From Gammaproteobacteria bacterium (GTDB lineage Bacteria > Pseudomonadota > Gammaproteobacteria > UBA6429 > Thiohalophilaceae): a DNA stretch of 64,000 nt. How positions within the stretch are numbered: position 1 is the stretch's first letter; each line of letters begins with the position of its first letter. The stretch is taken from NCBI GenBank assembly GCA_024275915.1, contig JAJRYG010000070.1, positions 34,361-98,360 on the forward strand, in the 5' to 3' direction. A model generated the notes under the pieces. That model ran no database searches. It was not told the origin of the DNA and worked only from the letters and a program-made list of their open reading frames with translations. This document shows positions 9,079 to 19,053 of this stretch, piece by piece. A program made the translations under genes and the position numbers.

Positions 9079-10149
9079 ATGCAATCAAGCCCTGTTTACG
9101 ACCACCTGATCATCGGCCAGGGTCTGGCCGGCAGCCTGCTTGCCTGGCAGCTGCTGCAACGGGGGCAAAAGGTCATGGTCATCGACAATGGCCACAAGAC
9201 TGCCGCCTCCCGGGTTGCGGCCGGGCTGGTCAATCCGGTCACCGGCATGCGGCTGGTCAAAACCGTTCATGCCGACAGCTACCTGTCTGCCGCCACTGAA
9301 TTCTATGCATCGCTGCAGACCTTTTTTGACCATCGATTCTTTCATGCAAAGGAAATGCTGCGCCTGATCCGCAGTGAAAAGGAAAAGCAGGTACTGGAAA
9401 AGCGCCGTGCCGATCCGGCCTACGCCGGCTTCCTGGGAAAAACCTACCCGGTCAACAGTCAGTCACCCTTCAGGGATCCCCTCGGCAGCTTCCAGCAACG
9501 CCAGACCGGTCATCTGGATACGGTCAGCCTGCTCGACAGCATGCGAGACTATCTTGCCAGGGCACACAGTTATTCCTGCCAGTCTGTTCGGCCCGGTGAC
9601 ATCGTTCTGGAGCACAATGGTACAAGCCTGAAGGGAACCAGGGCACGGCAGATCATATTTTGCGAAGGCTACAAGGCAATGCACAATCCCTGGTTCGACT
9701 GGCTGCCCTTTCAACCCGCCAAGGGAGAAATCCTCACCCTCCGGCTGGCGCAGATCCCCGACGACCGCATCATCAATGGCAGCAAGTGGTTGCTGCCCCT
9801 GTCAGGTTCACAGGAGGGGCTGTTCCGCTTTGGGGCCAGCTATGAACGCAGCCGACTCGATGAACGGATCACCACGACGACCCGTACCGAATTGCTCGAA
9901 GAACTCGGTACGCTGTTTGAAACGCCCCCGGCCCACCAGCTCATCGACCAGCAGGCCGGGGTACGGCCCTGCACAAAAGATACCCTGCCATTCATTGGCC
10001 GGCATCCGGAAATACCACAACTGAGCATCTTCAATGGCTTTGGCTCCAAGGGCACCATGATGATTCCCTACTATGCGAGAAAATTTGCCGATTTTCTGCT
10101 GGAACAAGACAGCCTGCCAAAAGAGGCGGACATAAGACGATTCTGGTAG
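9079..10149 (+). CDS. FAD-dependent oxidoreductase (DAO family)
   Basis: 356 aa. N-terminal Rossmann dinucleotide motif DHLIIGQGLAGSLLAWQLLQRGQKVMVID. Confidence 0.75.
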   Translation: MQSSPVYDHLIIGQGLAGSLLAWQLLQRGQKVMVIDNGHKTAASRVAAGLVNPVTGMRLVKTVHADSYLSAATEFYASLQTFFDHRFFHAKEMLRLIRSEKEKQVLEKRRADPAYAGFLGKTYPVNSQSPFRDPLGSFQQRQTGHLDTVSLLDSMRDYLARAHSYSCQSVRPGDIVLEHNGTSLKGTRARQIIFCEGYKAMHNPWFDWLPFQPAKGEILTLRLAQIPDDRIINGSKWLLPLSGSQEGLFRFGASYERSRLDERITTTTRTELLEELGTLFETPPAHQLIDQQAGVRPCTKDTLPFIGRHPEIPQLSIFNGFGSKGTMMIPYYARKFADFLLEQDSLPKEADIRRFW

Positions 10150-10160
10150 CAGTAACAGTG

Positions 10161-10214
10161 TATTGCACCGCCGCGACCTCCACGGTGCAAGGCCCTTCGG
10201 TTATTGCACCCTAC
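10161..10214. repeat. REP-like element, family A (left end truncated)
   Basis: TATTGCACCGCCGCGACCTCCACGGTGCAAGGCCCTTCGGTTATTGCACCCTAC, near-identical to 2483..2536. It lies between two convergent genes (FAD oxidoreductase and nosL). Confidence 0.85.
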
Positions 10215-10247
10215 CTGATTGTTCTCGATCCGTTGCCGGCGGCAGAG

Positions 10248-10805
10248 TCACTCATGCTCCAGGTGTGATTTCTTTTGCACATCACTGATGACCTCGAGTG
10301 TGATGTCCTCGAAGCGCAACAGCCTGCCACCGTGTTGCCTGATGAAATTCTCGGCATCCTGTTTTCTTGCAAACGAGGCCAGGGTATGCCCCATGGCACC
10401 CTTGACGGGCGAGTCAACAACATACCAGGCCGTGCGGGCATTGGTAAAATAGTCCGCCTGGGTGGCGGGCTTCTGCCAGTCTGTCTTGCCCATGTCATGG
10501 ACATAGATTTCCCTGACGATGGTTTGTACATCGGGTTGCAATACATAGGCAAACAGATCACGGGTCGAACAGAACTTCAGAGCCTGGCGATTACCACGCA
10601 CATAGGCTTCCCCTTTGGGACCGGGAAACTTGTTGATGTACATGCCACACAGGTGGCATTCATCCCCCGTGGTTATTTCTACCGGCGGGTGACTGGCCGT
10701 ATCCTGGCTGTCCGAATTGCAGGCCGACATCACAAGTGCAAGCCAAATCATCCCCAGGCCAGCGAACCGGGCTAACAGCCGATATTTCATGCGCATGGAC
10801 AACAT
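10248..10805 (-). CDS. nosL: copper chaperone lipoprotein NosL
   Basis: 185 aa with lipobox LVMSAC and the CHLCGM motif. It is the last gene of the nos cluster, and its start overlaps the nosY stop (TGATG). Confidence 0.88.
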   Translation of the reverse strand: MLSMRMKYRLLARFAGLGMIWLALVMSACNSDSQDTASHPPVEITTGDECHLCGMYINKFPGPKGEAYVRGNRQALKFCSTRDLFAYVLQPDVQTIVREIYVHDMGKTDWQKPATQADYFTNARTAWYVVDSPVKGAMGHTLASFARKQDAENFIRQHGGRLLRFEDITLEVISDVQKKSHLEHE

Positions 10806-11638
10806 CAGATAACCCGCTTGTTGAAGCGCCAGACAGCCAGAAAACCAGGCACAACTATCCAGACCAGCAGTGCACTCCAGAGCACCAGTGGCTGGATCAT
10901 CTTCTTGTCGGCAATGGAGGCCAGTCCGGACTGCACCTGGGTGGCCTCGAAACTACCCAGATTGATCAGACGGAAGATATCCGTGGGGTTGAGCAACAAC
11001 AGCCAGCCAAACAGGGCATCCCCCACTGCCCCGCCTGTGGCCACCAGCAACCCCAGCAGCAACAAATCGAAAACGAACACGAAGGCAAACCAGATGATCA
11101 ATGCCACCCCCGATGCCTTGCTCTTTTCACTGGAGATGACACTGACCAGGTAAGCCAGAGCAATGAACACCCAGCCAAGCAGAATAGACGTGACGATAAA
11201 CATGCTGTAGGCGATCAGCAATTCCTGCAGATCCACCTCAGCGGAGAAAAAGGCAATCAACAACCCGGCCGAGCCAAACCCCAGCAGGGTGGACAGGGCC
11301 ATCATCGCCGCATGACCGGTAAACTTGCCAATCAGCAGTTCACTGCGCTTCAGGGGGTAGGTCAGCAGCAGGATCAGGGTACCCTGCTCTTCTTCACCGA
11401 CGATACTGTCATAGGCCAGAATCAGGGCAATCAGTGGGATGAGAAATATCGCCAGACTCGAGAGGCTGACAATGGTCGTCGATAGTGAGGTAAAACCCAC
11501 CATGCCCGATGCGGCAGCGCCAAAATAGGATATGGCCATGGCAAACAGGGCCAGTACCACGGTAATGCCGGCAACCCAGCGGTTACGCAGACCGTCCTTG
11601 AATTCCTTTGCGGCAACAACAAGAATCTTGTTAGTCAT
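10805..11638 (-). CDS. nosY: ABC-2 type permease NosY
   Basis: 277 aa, about 6 TM, N-terminus MTNKILVVAAKEFKDGLRNRW. Located between nosF and nosL. Confidence 0.88.
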   Translation of the reverse strand: MTNKILVVAAKEFKDGLRNRWVAGITVVLALFAMAISYFGAAASGMVGFTSLSTTIVSLSSLAIFLIPLIALILAYDSIVGEEEQGTLILLLTYPLKRSELLIGKFTGHAAMMALSTLLGFGSAGLLIAFFSAEVDLQELLIAYSMFIVTSILLGWVFIALAYLVSVISSEKSKASGVALIIWFAFVFVFDLLLLGLLVATGGAVGDALFGWLLLLNPTDIFRLINLGSFEATQVQSGLASIADKKMIQPLVLWSALLVWIVVPGFLAVWRFNKRVI

Positions 11639-12584
11639 GGTTCACCTCGACTGCAGGTGAACGATCTGCTGTTGGCTGGTCGATAGTATTGTAATAGGTA
11701 TAAATCGACTCCAGGCTCGGCATGCTGATCTCGATGTCCTCGACATTTTTCTCGTTGGCAAGCGCACGCAACAAGTCCAGCTTGTGGCTGGCTGCCGCGG
11801 AAAGTTCATAGTGGCTGCCATTGATCTTCCGGGTGGTCACCCCTTTTGCCGTCAGCCAGTCCTGGTTGTCAATCTGGCCTCTTACTGAAATAGTCATGGG
11901 CAGGCGGGCTTTCTGGCGCAGTTCATTGATACTGCCCTGGGCGAGGATCTTGCCGGCAGAGAGGATCAGGGCCCGATCGATATACTCCTCGATACCCGAC
12001 AGAACATGTGAACAGAGGATCACCGTTGTTCCCTGTTGCTTGAGTGCTTCGATCTTGCTGTACAGATCCCGAGTGGCAACCGGATCGAGCCCCACGGTTG
12101 GCTCATCGAGGATCAGCAGCTTTGGCTGGTTCAGCAGTGCCTGCGCCAGCCCCAGGCGCTGACGCATGCCTTTGGAATAGGTTTTCACCCGCCGATCGGC
12201 GGCGTGCATCAGTCCCACTTCCTCAAGAAGCTGTTTCTGCTCCTGCCCGCTGGCGCCCTTGAGACGGGCAAAATACTGCAGCGTTTCCCGGCCGGTCAGC
12301 TGCGGGTAAAAACTCAGGTTTTCCGGCAGGTAGCCCAGTTGCTCACGCAGTCCGCCCATGTTCCTGTCAGCGGCCGGATCATGGCCAAATACCCTGACCG
12401 TACCCGTAGTGGGTTTGAGGATGCCCAGAATCATTTTTATGCTGGTCGTCTTGCCCGCACCATTGTGGCCGAGCAGGCCGACAACCTGACCCGGCTCGAT
12501 ATCCATACTTATCCCATTGACCGCCCGCAGCTTGCCAAAGCGCATGACAACATGATCGAAATGGATGGCGGCTTTGGCTTTCAT
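11631..12584 (-). CDS. nosF: ABC transporter ATP-binding protein NosF
   Basis: Walker A GHNGAGKTT, signature YSKGMRQRL, Walker B LLILDEP. I chose the ATG at 12584 (ATGA overlap with the nosD stop); the 373-aa ORF upstream of it overlaps nosD. Confidence 0.9.
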   Translation of the reverse strand: MKAKAAIHFDHVVMRFGKLRAVNGISMDIEPGQVVGLLGHNGAGKTTSIKMILGILKPTTGTVRVFGHDPAADRNMGGLREQLGYLPENLSFYPQLTGRETLQYFARLKGASGQEQKQLLEEVGLMHAADRRVKTYSKGMRQRLGLAQALLNQPKLLILDEPTVGLDPVATRDLYSKIEALKQQGTTVILCSHVLSGIEEYIDRALILSAGKILAQGSINELRQKARLPMTISVRGQIDNQDWLTAKGVTTRKINGSHYELSAAASHKLDLLRALANEKNVEDIEISMPSLESIYTYYNTIDQPTADRSPAVEVNHD

Positions 12585-13906
12585 AGGGAAGGCAGTCTCT
12601 TGGTGCTGGTCGATGGAAGCCGAACAGGCTGCATCAGGGGATAACTGTCGGTTACCCCCGGTGACTTGAATACAGGAAACTGCATCTGTGCCCAGCGCAA
12701 TATCTGCACCGAAGGACTGTTCATCAACAGTTTCGCCAGCGGATATTTCCACAACAGTTTATCGACATTGTCATTGGGTTCGAAGGGGCGATCACCGATA
12801 CCATCACCGTTGAGATCCCAGCCAAGATAATTGCTCCAGTAATTCCCGCGAGCATTTTTTGACCATTCCTGCTTGCGGTTGGAGACGTATTTGACCTGGG
12901 TATAATTGTTGACAAAACTGTTGCCATGGATGCTGTTGTCTTCGGAGCCTGCGGTAAGATGAATACCAATGTCACTGTCGGCAAACAGGTTGTCTGCCAG
13001 CGTATTGAACACCGAATTGTAGATGAACAGGGCCTTGCCTTCGGCGCCGCTGATTCCGCTTCCGGAATAACCGGGCGTGATTCCCTTGCGGACATTGATG
13101 ACCCGGTTGTACTTCAGGGTACTGTGGGTGATGAAATTCATGAGGATGCCGTAGTTCTCGTCATTTTCCGAGCGATTGTTAAGAACCGTCAGGTATTTGG
13201 ACTGCATCAGAGCATAGCCGGTGCGGGTATTATGGGTGTAGTTGCCTTCGATACGGTTATTGTACGAATACATGTAATGAATGCCATAACGCAGATCATG
13301 CAGATTATTGTCTCTTAATACATTGTTGTTACTGGTATCGATATAGATACCATCCCGGGTATGCCAGACTTCGTTCTCTGCAATTTCTGCTCCCTCCACA
13401 TAATAAAGATGAATACCGTTACCCCGGTCCTGGGAGCGTATGCGTTGATCTGCACTAATCCGATTGCCAATTACCGTGGCATCATGAGCCGCATCGAGCC
13501 AGATGCCAAACAGATTGTTCTTGAATACATTGTTTTTTATCAATACATTTTTTGCGGTTCTTTCGACAAAAACAGCGGCATTCATCTCGGTAAGATTCAT
13601 GCCCGAGTTGCACAGGACAAAACCCTCGATGGTGACATTTGGCGCCCGAACCAGAATGATATTGCCTTTACCGTGCCCATCGAAAACCACACCGGGTTCT
13701 GCTTTGATAGTCAGGCTTTTGTCGACAAGCAGCGTACCCGAGTATTCGCCCGGAGAAAACAGCAGAATATCATTTGGCTCGGCAGCATTCATCACCTCGG
13801 TCAAATCACTGGCAGGTGTAACCTGAATCTGCCTTGCAAATACATTTGAGGGATCAACCAGCAGTGCAACGGAAAATAGAACAAACAGATAGAAATACTG
13901 GGTCAT
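12581..13906 (-). CDS. nosD: periplasmic beta-helix copper-binding protein NosD
   Basis: 441 aa with a signal peptide and repeated parallel beta-helix motifs (N..I.GN, GI.L). Located between nosZ and nosF. Confidence 0.9.
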   Translation of the reverse strand: MTQYFYLFVLFSVALLVDPSNVFARQIQVTPASDLTEVMNAAEPNDILLFSPGEYSGTLLVDKSLTIKAEPGVVFDGHGKGNIILVRAPNVTIEGFVLCNSGMNLTEMNAAVFVERTAKNVLIKNNVFKNNLFGIWLDAAHDATVIGNRISADQRIRSQDRGNGIHLYYVEGAEIAENEVWHTRDGIYIDTSNNNVLRDNNLHDLRYGIHYMYSYNNRIEGNYTHNTRTGYALMQSKYLTVLNNRSENDENYGILMNFITHSTLKYNRVINVRKGITPGYSGSGISGAEGKALFIYNSVFNTLADNLFADSDIGIHLTAGSEDNSIHGNSFVNNYTQVKYVSNRKQEWSKNARGNYWSNYLGWDLNGDGIGDRPFEPNDNVDKLLWKYPLAKLLMNSPSVQILRWAQMQFPVFKSPGVTDSYPLMQPVRLPSTSTKRLPSL

Positions 13907-14040
13907 CAGGCGTATTACGAATATCCGGGGAAAAAAGGATCAGCGACTGACTTTATATAGAACAACATGTGTCATGTACAGCTCAAGACGGAAATAACCG
14001 GAATAAACCTGCTCAGGCGCGGAATCATCTGTTTTGAACT

Positions 14041-14076
14041 GAAAAAATGCGAGTGGCCGCTTGCACAGCCACCCGC
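14041..14076 (-). terminator. rho-independent terminator after nosZ
   Basis: The minus strand reads GCGGGTGGC-loop-GCCACTCGC followed by ATTTTTTC, 9 nt after the nosZ stop. Confidence 0.65.
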
Positions 14077-14084
14077 TTTCACTT

Positions 14085-15956
14085 TCAGACTTCAACCAGC
14101 ATGCGACCACGCATTTCCATGTGCAGTGCATGACAGAACCATTGACAGTAGAACCACTGTACACCGGGTTTGTCTGCGATAAAGGTTACCGAGGAAGTCT
14201 GCTGCGGCCCGATTTCCATGACCACCCCGTGATTGGTCATGGTAAAACCATGGGTCACGTCCTCAATCTGATCCAGATTGGTTACCACCACGGTAACTTC
14301 ATCTCCCAGCTTGACGGTAAAGTCGGTCATGCCAAAGTTGGGCGCAATCGAAGTCATGTAGACATGGACCTTGTTACCATGCCGGACAACCTTGTTGTCC
14401 TTTTCCAGCACGATGCCGTCTTTTTTGGCCATGGCAGTGGTCTTGGCATAAAATGGATCATTGCGTTTCCATATCTTCAGTGGCTTCATCTTGCTGCGAT
14501 GCACAATTATACAGTCATGGGGCTCGGCAAACGTCGGGCCATCATGCACCAGTTTCATGGTATCACCGGAGATGTCGATGAGCTGATCGTTCTCCGGATG
14601 CAAGGGGCCAACGGGCAGGAACCGGTCCTTGGCGAACTTGCACAGGGAAACCAGCCACTTGCCATCGGCATCGCGGGTTTCACCCATGGTGGTATGGTTG
14701 TGGCCCGGCTGGTACATGACATCAAGTTTCTGGCGGATGTAATTGACCTTCTTGCCTTGGTAGGCCTTGATGGCATCGGCCACATTCCATTTGGCGATCT
14801 GGCTGTCGATGAACAGCGTGGTATAGGCATTGCCACGGCCATCGAAGGCGGTATGCAATGGTCCAAGACCCAGCTCGGGTTCGCCCACGACCACATCACG
14901 CTCATCCTTCAGCTTGCCATCGAACCAGTCATCTATCTTGTCGATATCGATGATGGTGACAGTGGGTGACAGCTTGCCGTTGGCAACGAAGTACTTGCCG
15001 TCCGGTGAGGTATTCAGACCATGGGGACTCTTGGGCACCGGAATATACATGGTGTATTCAGAACCGTGGCGACCATCGACAATCGGCACCTTGGAATCAC
15101 CCAGGGTGGTAAACTTGCCAGCCTTCACCGCATCTTCGATACGTGGAATATTGAACACTACTGCCCAGTCACGTTCGTTACGCATGGTACCAGGCAGGTC
15201 TACCGCGCCTTCCGAGTTGTAACAGGTGGAGCAGGCATACTTGCCCTTGTAGTCGGCATCGGTGTTGTCCAGGTTGCCATCGACAATCACCTGCCAGGCC
15301 ACTTCCATCTTTTCGGCATCGATGGCATTGAACATGGTCAGGTATTTGCTCGGATCATTGATGTCGCGCCCATCATTGGGATGGGGAATACGGAACTCGG
15401 CATTACAGAACACATATTTGGTGTGCGGCACTTTCTGTACACGCAAACCATGAATGGCCTGGACATTGGGGATGGATATCACCTTGTCCGTTTTCATGAT
15501 GTCACAGCGAATACGGGCAACCCGGGTGTTGGCCTTGTCGTTGATGAACACATATTTGCCATCATAGCGGCCATCGGTCATGCTCATGTGCGGGTGATGG
15601 GCATCGCCGTTGAGGTAGGGGCCACCACCACCCTTGAGTATTTCCTTGCTTTCGTTGGTGATCCCCCAGCCTGTGGCACTGTCAATGTTGAATACGGGGA
15701 TGCGCATCAGCTCACGCATGGAAGGCACACCGAGAATCCGAACCTCGCCCGAGTGACCACCACTCCAGAATCCATAGTACTCGTCGAGTTCACCCGGACC
15801 AACGGTCCCCTTGGGATGTTTGGTTTTGGCATGGGCCGCGGGGATCAGCCCTGCACCCAGGCCGGTCGTCCCTGCCAGACCGGCCAGTGCTGTGGCATTA
15901 ATGAACTGACGTCTTGTCAGGCCTGACTTGTCGTTTTTACTGTCTTTCTTACTCAT
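14085..15956 (-). CDS. nosZ: nitrous-oxide reductase NosZ (clade I, Tat-exported)
   Basis: Start at ATG 15956 (GGAGGG RBS). Has a twin-arginine signal [16 protein letters not shown] and the C-terminal CuA motif [12 protein letters not shown]. Confidence 0.95.
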   Translation of the reverse strand: MSKKDSKNDKSGLTRRQFINATALAGLAGTTGLGAGLIPAAHAKTKHPKGTVGPGELDEYYGFWSGGHSGEVRILGVPSMRELMRIPVFNIDSATGWGITNESKEILKGGGGPYLNGDAHHPHMSMTDGRYDGKYVFINDKANTRVARIRCDIMKTDKVISIPNVQAIHGLRVQKVPHTKYVFCNAEFRIPHPNDGRDINDPSKYLTMFNAIDAEKMEVAWQVIVDGNLDNTDADYKGKYACSTCYNSEGAVDLPGTMRNERDWAVVFNIPRIEDAVKAGKFTTLGDSKVPIVDGRHGSEYTMYIPVPKSPHGLNTSPDGKYFVANGKLSPTVTIIDIDKIDDWFDGKLKDERDVVVGEPELGLGPLHTAFDGRGNAYTTLFIDSQIAKWNVADAIKAYQGKKVNYIRQKLDVMYQPGHNHTTMGETRDADGKWLVSLCKFAKDRFLPVGPLHPENDQLIDISGDTMKLVHDGPTFAEPHDCIIVHRSKMKPLKIWKRNDPFYAKTTAMAKKDGIVLEKDNKVVRHGNKVHVYMTSIAPNFGMTDFTVKLGDEVTVVVTNLDQIEDVTHGFTMTNHGVVMEIGPQQTSSVTFIADKPGVQWFYCQWFCHALHMEMRGRMLVEV

Positions 15957-16019
15957 AGTACCCTCCGGTTGACACAATTAGTTTTATTACTGCAACGATG
16001 GTGATAAAAAAAAATCGGG

Positions 16020-18173
16020 TCATGCCTTCGCAGCTTCCAGCTTCTGCTGAATCTCCTTGCTGACGAATGCGCTGGCCTTTTCCCTTTTCTTGCGTTTCTT
16101 GATCAGCGGTGGACATTTGTGATCATCGAAATAGGTGATCTGGCAGTCCAGGCAATAATGACATTCATTGGTATTGATGACACCATTCTTATCGATCGCA
16201 CGGATCTCACATTCATTGGCACATATCTGGCAAGGTTTACCGCATTCCTTGCGTCTTTTCAGCCAGTTGAACAGTTGCCATTTTCCCGGGATCACCAGTG
16301 CGGCACCCAGCGGACAAAGATACTTGCAATAAAACTTTCGGTTGATGATCGAAATCAACAACAGGCCTGCCGCATAGACCACATAGCCCCAGTCTCGTAC
16401 AAAGTGCAGGGTAATCGCCGTCTTGAAAGGCTCGATTTCTGCCAGCCGCTCCGCCTGGGACAGAGACTGCAAGGAGACAGCGAAAAGTCCCAGTAGAATC
16501 ATGTACTTCAAGGCCCACAGACGTTCATGCACGGCATCCGGAAATTCCCACTGACGGACCTTGAAATGGCGGGCAATCTTGTTGATGAGTTCCTGCATCG
16601 CGCCATAGGGGCAGAGCCAGCCACAGAAGATCCCCCGCCCCCACAACAGCAGGCTCATGGCGACATAAGCCCAGATGATAAAGATGAGTGGATCCATCAG
16701 GAATGTCTGCCAGCGGAACTCATGCATCAGTGCCTGAACAAAGGTTAGCACATTGACCACGGAAAGTTGTGCCAGCGTGTAATAACCAATAAAGAAGATG
16801 GTGAACAGGGTAAAGCCAAGACGGAAACGCTCGAGGATAACCGGGAACTTGACCAGAAAATCCTGAAACATCAGCACCGTTGTCAGGGTGATCAGCGCAA
16901 TCACCAGAATGATGATTTCAACCTTTCGTTGTAGCCAGATACTGACCCACAATGGCTGCTCTTCCATCTCGGCGGAAGGCGGTGGTGCCGGACGGGTAAA
17001 GTATTTTTCCGGCAGCTGGTAGTCACCAAAGAAACTGGTAAATACACTGCTCAGCGGGCCGGTCTGCCGGCGCACCAGTAATTCCAGCTGCCAGGGGCTG
17101 CCGGGATCGAAGTCATTGGCGGCACGGATGATAAAAATGGCCATTTCCGAAAACTCCGGCATGTTTTCTGCGTACACGTCATTCAGGCGGAAATAATCCA
17201 GATCCCGGAAGGTGATGATATTGCCACTTTGCTGCAGCTGAATACGGTCAAAAATCCCGCCCCGCACAAAACCGTTGCCACGGAAGGAAAACAGGCCGTT
17301 GGCCATCAGGGCAACCGCATAATCACCCGGCTTGAGTTCTTTCATCAGCCAGTCGTACTGGTCATCTCCCAGCAGGTTGCGACCAATGGTCGGGACATTC
17401 AACAGAGTGTAATACAGGTCGATAAATTCATTGCAGTCGGTGTCCTCATCCTCCGCATCACAACCGATATCCTTGACACCCTCGGCTTCGGTACCCTCGA
17501 AGGCCTTGTCCACATCTGTGACGGTAAGGTGCAGGTTGCGGATGCTGCCATCCCCCATCAGGGTAGGCCAGTCGGCCTTTTCAAACTTGTCCATGATGAT
17601 TTCGGCCGGCATGATCTGTTCAGAGGCATCCTTGATGATCCCCTTGGCCATGGCCAGCTTGTGATTGGCCCGGCTGATGGTCTGATTGATGACCATGGCG
17701 GTGACCGTGGCCCCGGTGATGGCATCGATGTTCACATAGCCCTTCTGCTTGCCCGAACCAACCTTGATGTGGTCGGTCACCGACTTGCCGATATACTGTT
17801 TGACGAAGGTGTCCAGAGAAGACTCCGGAATCCCCACCAGCAGGATAGGCTCATGGTGCTCGGTGACCTTGGCTCCGGTCATTACCCCGTTGACATCCAG
17901 TCCCAGCAGAATATCGACCGGTTTGCCCGAATAGGCCGGGATGGAAACCAGCTCGCTGGTCTGGAAAATATAGCCCAGCAGCTCATCATTTTTGTAGGCG
18001 GCAAAGACATGGGGCTTGTCTTCGCTGGGCTTGAAGCTGTTGGCTTGCGGAAAATACTGGGAAAACAAGGCATGCCTGTCCGCATCGATATCAAAGTCGA
18101 TGGCAAAGGCATTAGTCAGGCTAATCAGAAAAAGAATCAGCAAGGTGGAAAAATACCGACTGTTTTGATTCAT
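16020..18173 (-). CDS. nosR: NosR membrane-bound FMN/Fe-S regulatory protein
   Basis: Start at ATG 18173 with a signal peptide. Has a periplasmic FMN-binding region (ITGATVT), multiple TM segments, CGWLCPYGA/CKYLCPLGA motifs and two C-terminal ferredoxin-type Cys clusters. Confidence 0.92.
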   Translation of the reverse strand: MNQNSRYFSTLLILFLISLTNAFAIDFDIDADRHALFSQYFPQANSFKPSEDKPHVFAAYKNDELLGYIFQTSELVSIPAYSGKPVDILLGLDVNGVMTGAKVTEHHEPILLVGIPESSLDTFVKQYIGKSVTDHIKVGSGKQKGYVNIDAITGATVTAMVINQTISRANHKLAMAKGIIKDASEQIMPAEIIMDKFEKADWPTLMGDGSIRNLHLTVTDVDKAFEGTEAEGVKDIGCDAEDEDTDCNEFIDLYYTLLNVPTIGRNLLGDDQYDWLMKELKPGDYAVALMANGLFSFRGNGFVRGGIFDRIQLQQSGNIITFRDLDYFRLNDVYAENMPEFSEMAIFIIRAANDFDPGSPWQLELLVRRQTGPLSSVFTSFFGDYQLPEKYFTRPAPPPSAEMEEQPLWVSIWLQRKVEIIILVIALITLTTVLMFQDFLVKFPVILERFRLGFTLFTIFFIGYYTLAQLSVVNVLTFVQALMHEFRWQTFLMDPLIFIIWAYVAMSLLLWGRGIFCGWLCPYGAMQELINKIARHFKVRQWEFPDAVHERLWALKYMILLGLFAVSLQSLSQAERLAEIEPFKTAITLHFVRDWGYVVYAAGLLLISIINRKFYCKYLCPLGAALVIPGKWQLFNWLKRRKECGKPCQICANECEIRAIDKNGVINTNECHYCLDCQITYFDDHKCPPLIKKRKKREKASAFVSKEIQQKLEAAKA

Positions 18174-18250
18174 ATATATACAACAATCAAAAACTGAATG
18201 GCTCAAAGATTATCAGAGCAGAATTGTCAGTCATAACCCGATGGTGCTCC

Positions 18251-18264
18251 TTGACTTGAATCAA
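18251..18264. promoter_or_regulatory. FNR/DNR/NnrR-type (CRP-family) binding box upstream of nosR
   Basis: TTGACTTGAATCAA matches TTGAT-N4-ATCAA at 9 of 10 positions. It is centred about 84 nt upstream of the nosR ATG. Confidence 0.55.
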
Positions 18265-18626
18265 ATACGACAAATTAGCTGTGGCAAATGCGACAAATTA
18301 CTTGCCACCAGGCCGCCCGATGAAATCACATGCTGTTCAATATAGAACGTTTCAGGGAAACCTCCAGTTTTTTTATTGGCCTCTGGACAATTCAATGGAT
18401 GAATTGTTCAAAGGCCGAAATACGAACAGTGTGATTTTTGTTTCTCTCACGAAATCAATCGCTTGATGATGCTGATTTTAACGACACACCCGTGCCGCGG
18501 GAAGCTCAGAATAAACCAGACTTTCCTTATATTTTTCAATCATTAACCACTTTCCTGGCCATTTTCCTGTCAATTGACCGTTTTTTGAGCTATTGCTTTA
18601 TAAGAGAGTGCCAAAGGTATAAAACC

Positions 18627-19040
18627 ATGCAGGATATAGTGATACTCATGCTGATCTGGATCGGCAGCCAGACCCCCTATGACATACATGGCAGCTTGCC
18701 GAATATCGTCCTCACCGAGGAAAACAATATCTGCAAGAATTATGGCATCGACAACAAGGGCCAGTGCCAGGCGGCGGCGATAAAAGGCTTTTATAACAAA
18801 CGTTATACCATCTACCTGCCCAGCCACTTCGATGTGGCCAGCATCGAGGATCAGGGCCGACTGTTACACGAACTGGTGCACTATGTGCAGTGGTCCAATG
18901 GCAAACAGAACTCCTCCTGCCTGGGCCACCTGGAAGTCCAGGCCTATGAGCTGCAGGATCAATGGTACTCGAATCACAACCTTGATCGCGTCACCGATCC
19001 CTTCAAGATGGTCATGCTCGAAGCCTCCTGTGACGATTGA
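18627..19040 (+). CDS. hypothetical protein with HExxH motif
   Basis: 137 aa from the ATG at 18627 (the ORF extends to TTG 18438). Contains HELVHYVQW. AT-rich, and divergent from nosR. Confidence 0.5.
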   Translation: MQDIVILMLIWIGSQTPYDIHGSLPNIVLTEENNICKNYGIDNKGQCQAAAIKGFYNKRYTIYLPSHFDVASIEDQGRLLHELVHYVQWSNGKQNSSCLGHLEVQAYELQDQWYSNHNLDRVTDPFKMVMLEASCDD

Positions 19041-19053
19041 ATGAAGCGAGATA

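Noticed and set aside
13940-14164. 74-aa ORF in the nosD-nosZ spacer.
   Set aside because: It overlaps the nosZ 3' end and its terminator, and it has no RBS or recognisable features.
18455-18468. Palindrome ATCAATCGCTTGAT as a second FNR box.
   Set aside because: The half-sites are in the opposite arrangement (ATCAA-N4-TTGAT) to the FNR/CRP consensus. It also lies about 280 nt from nosR, inside the possible 5' extension of the HExxH ORF.
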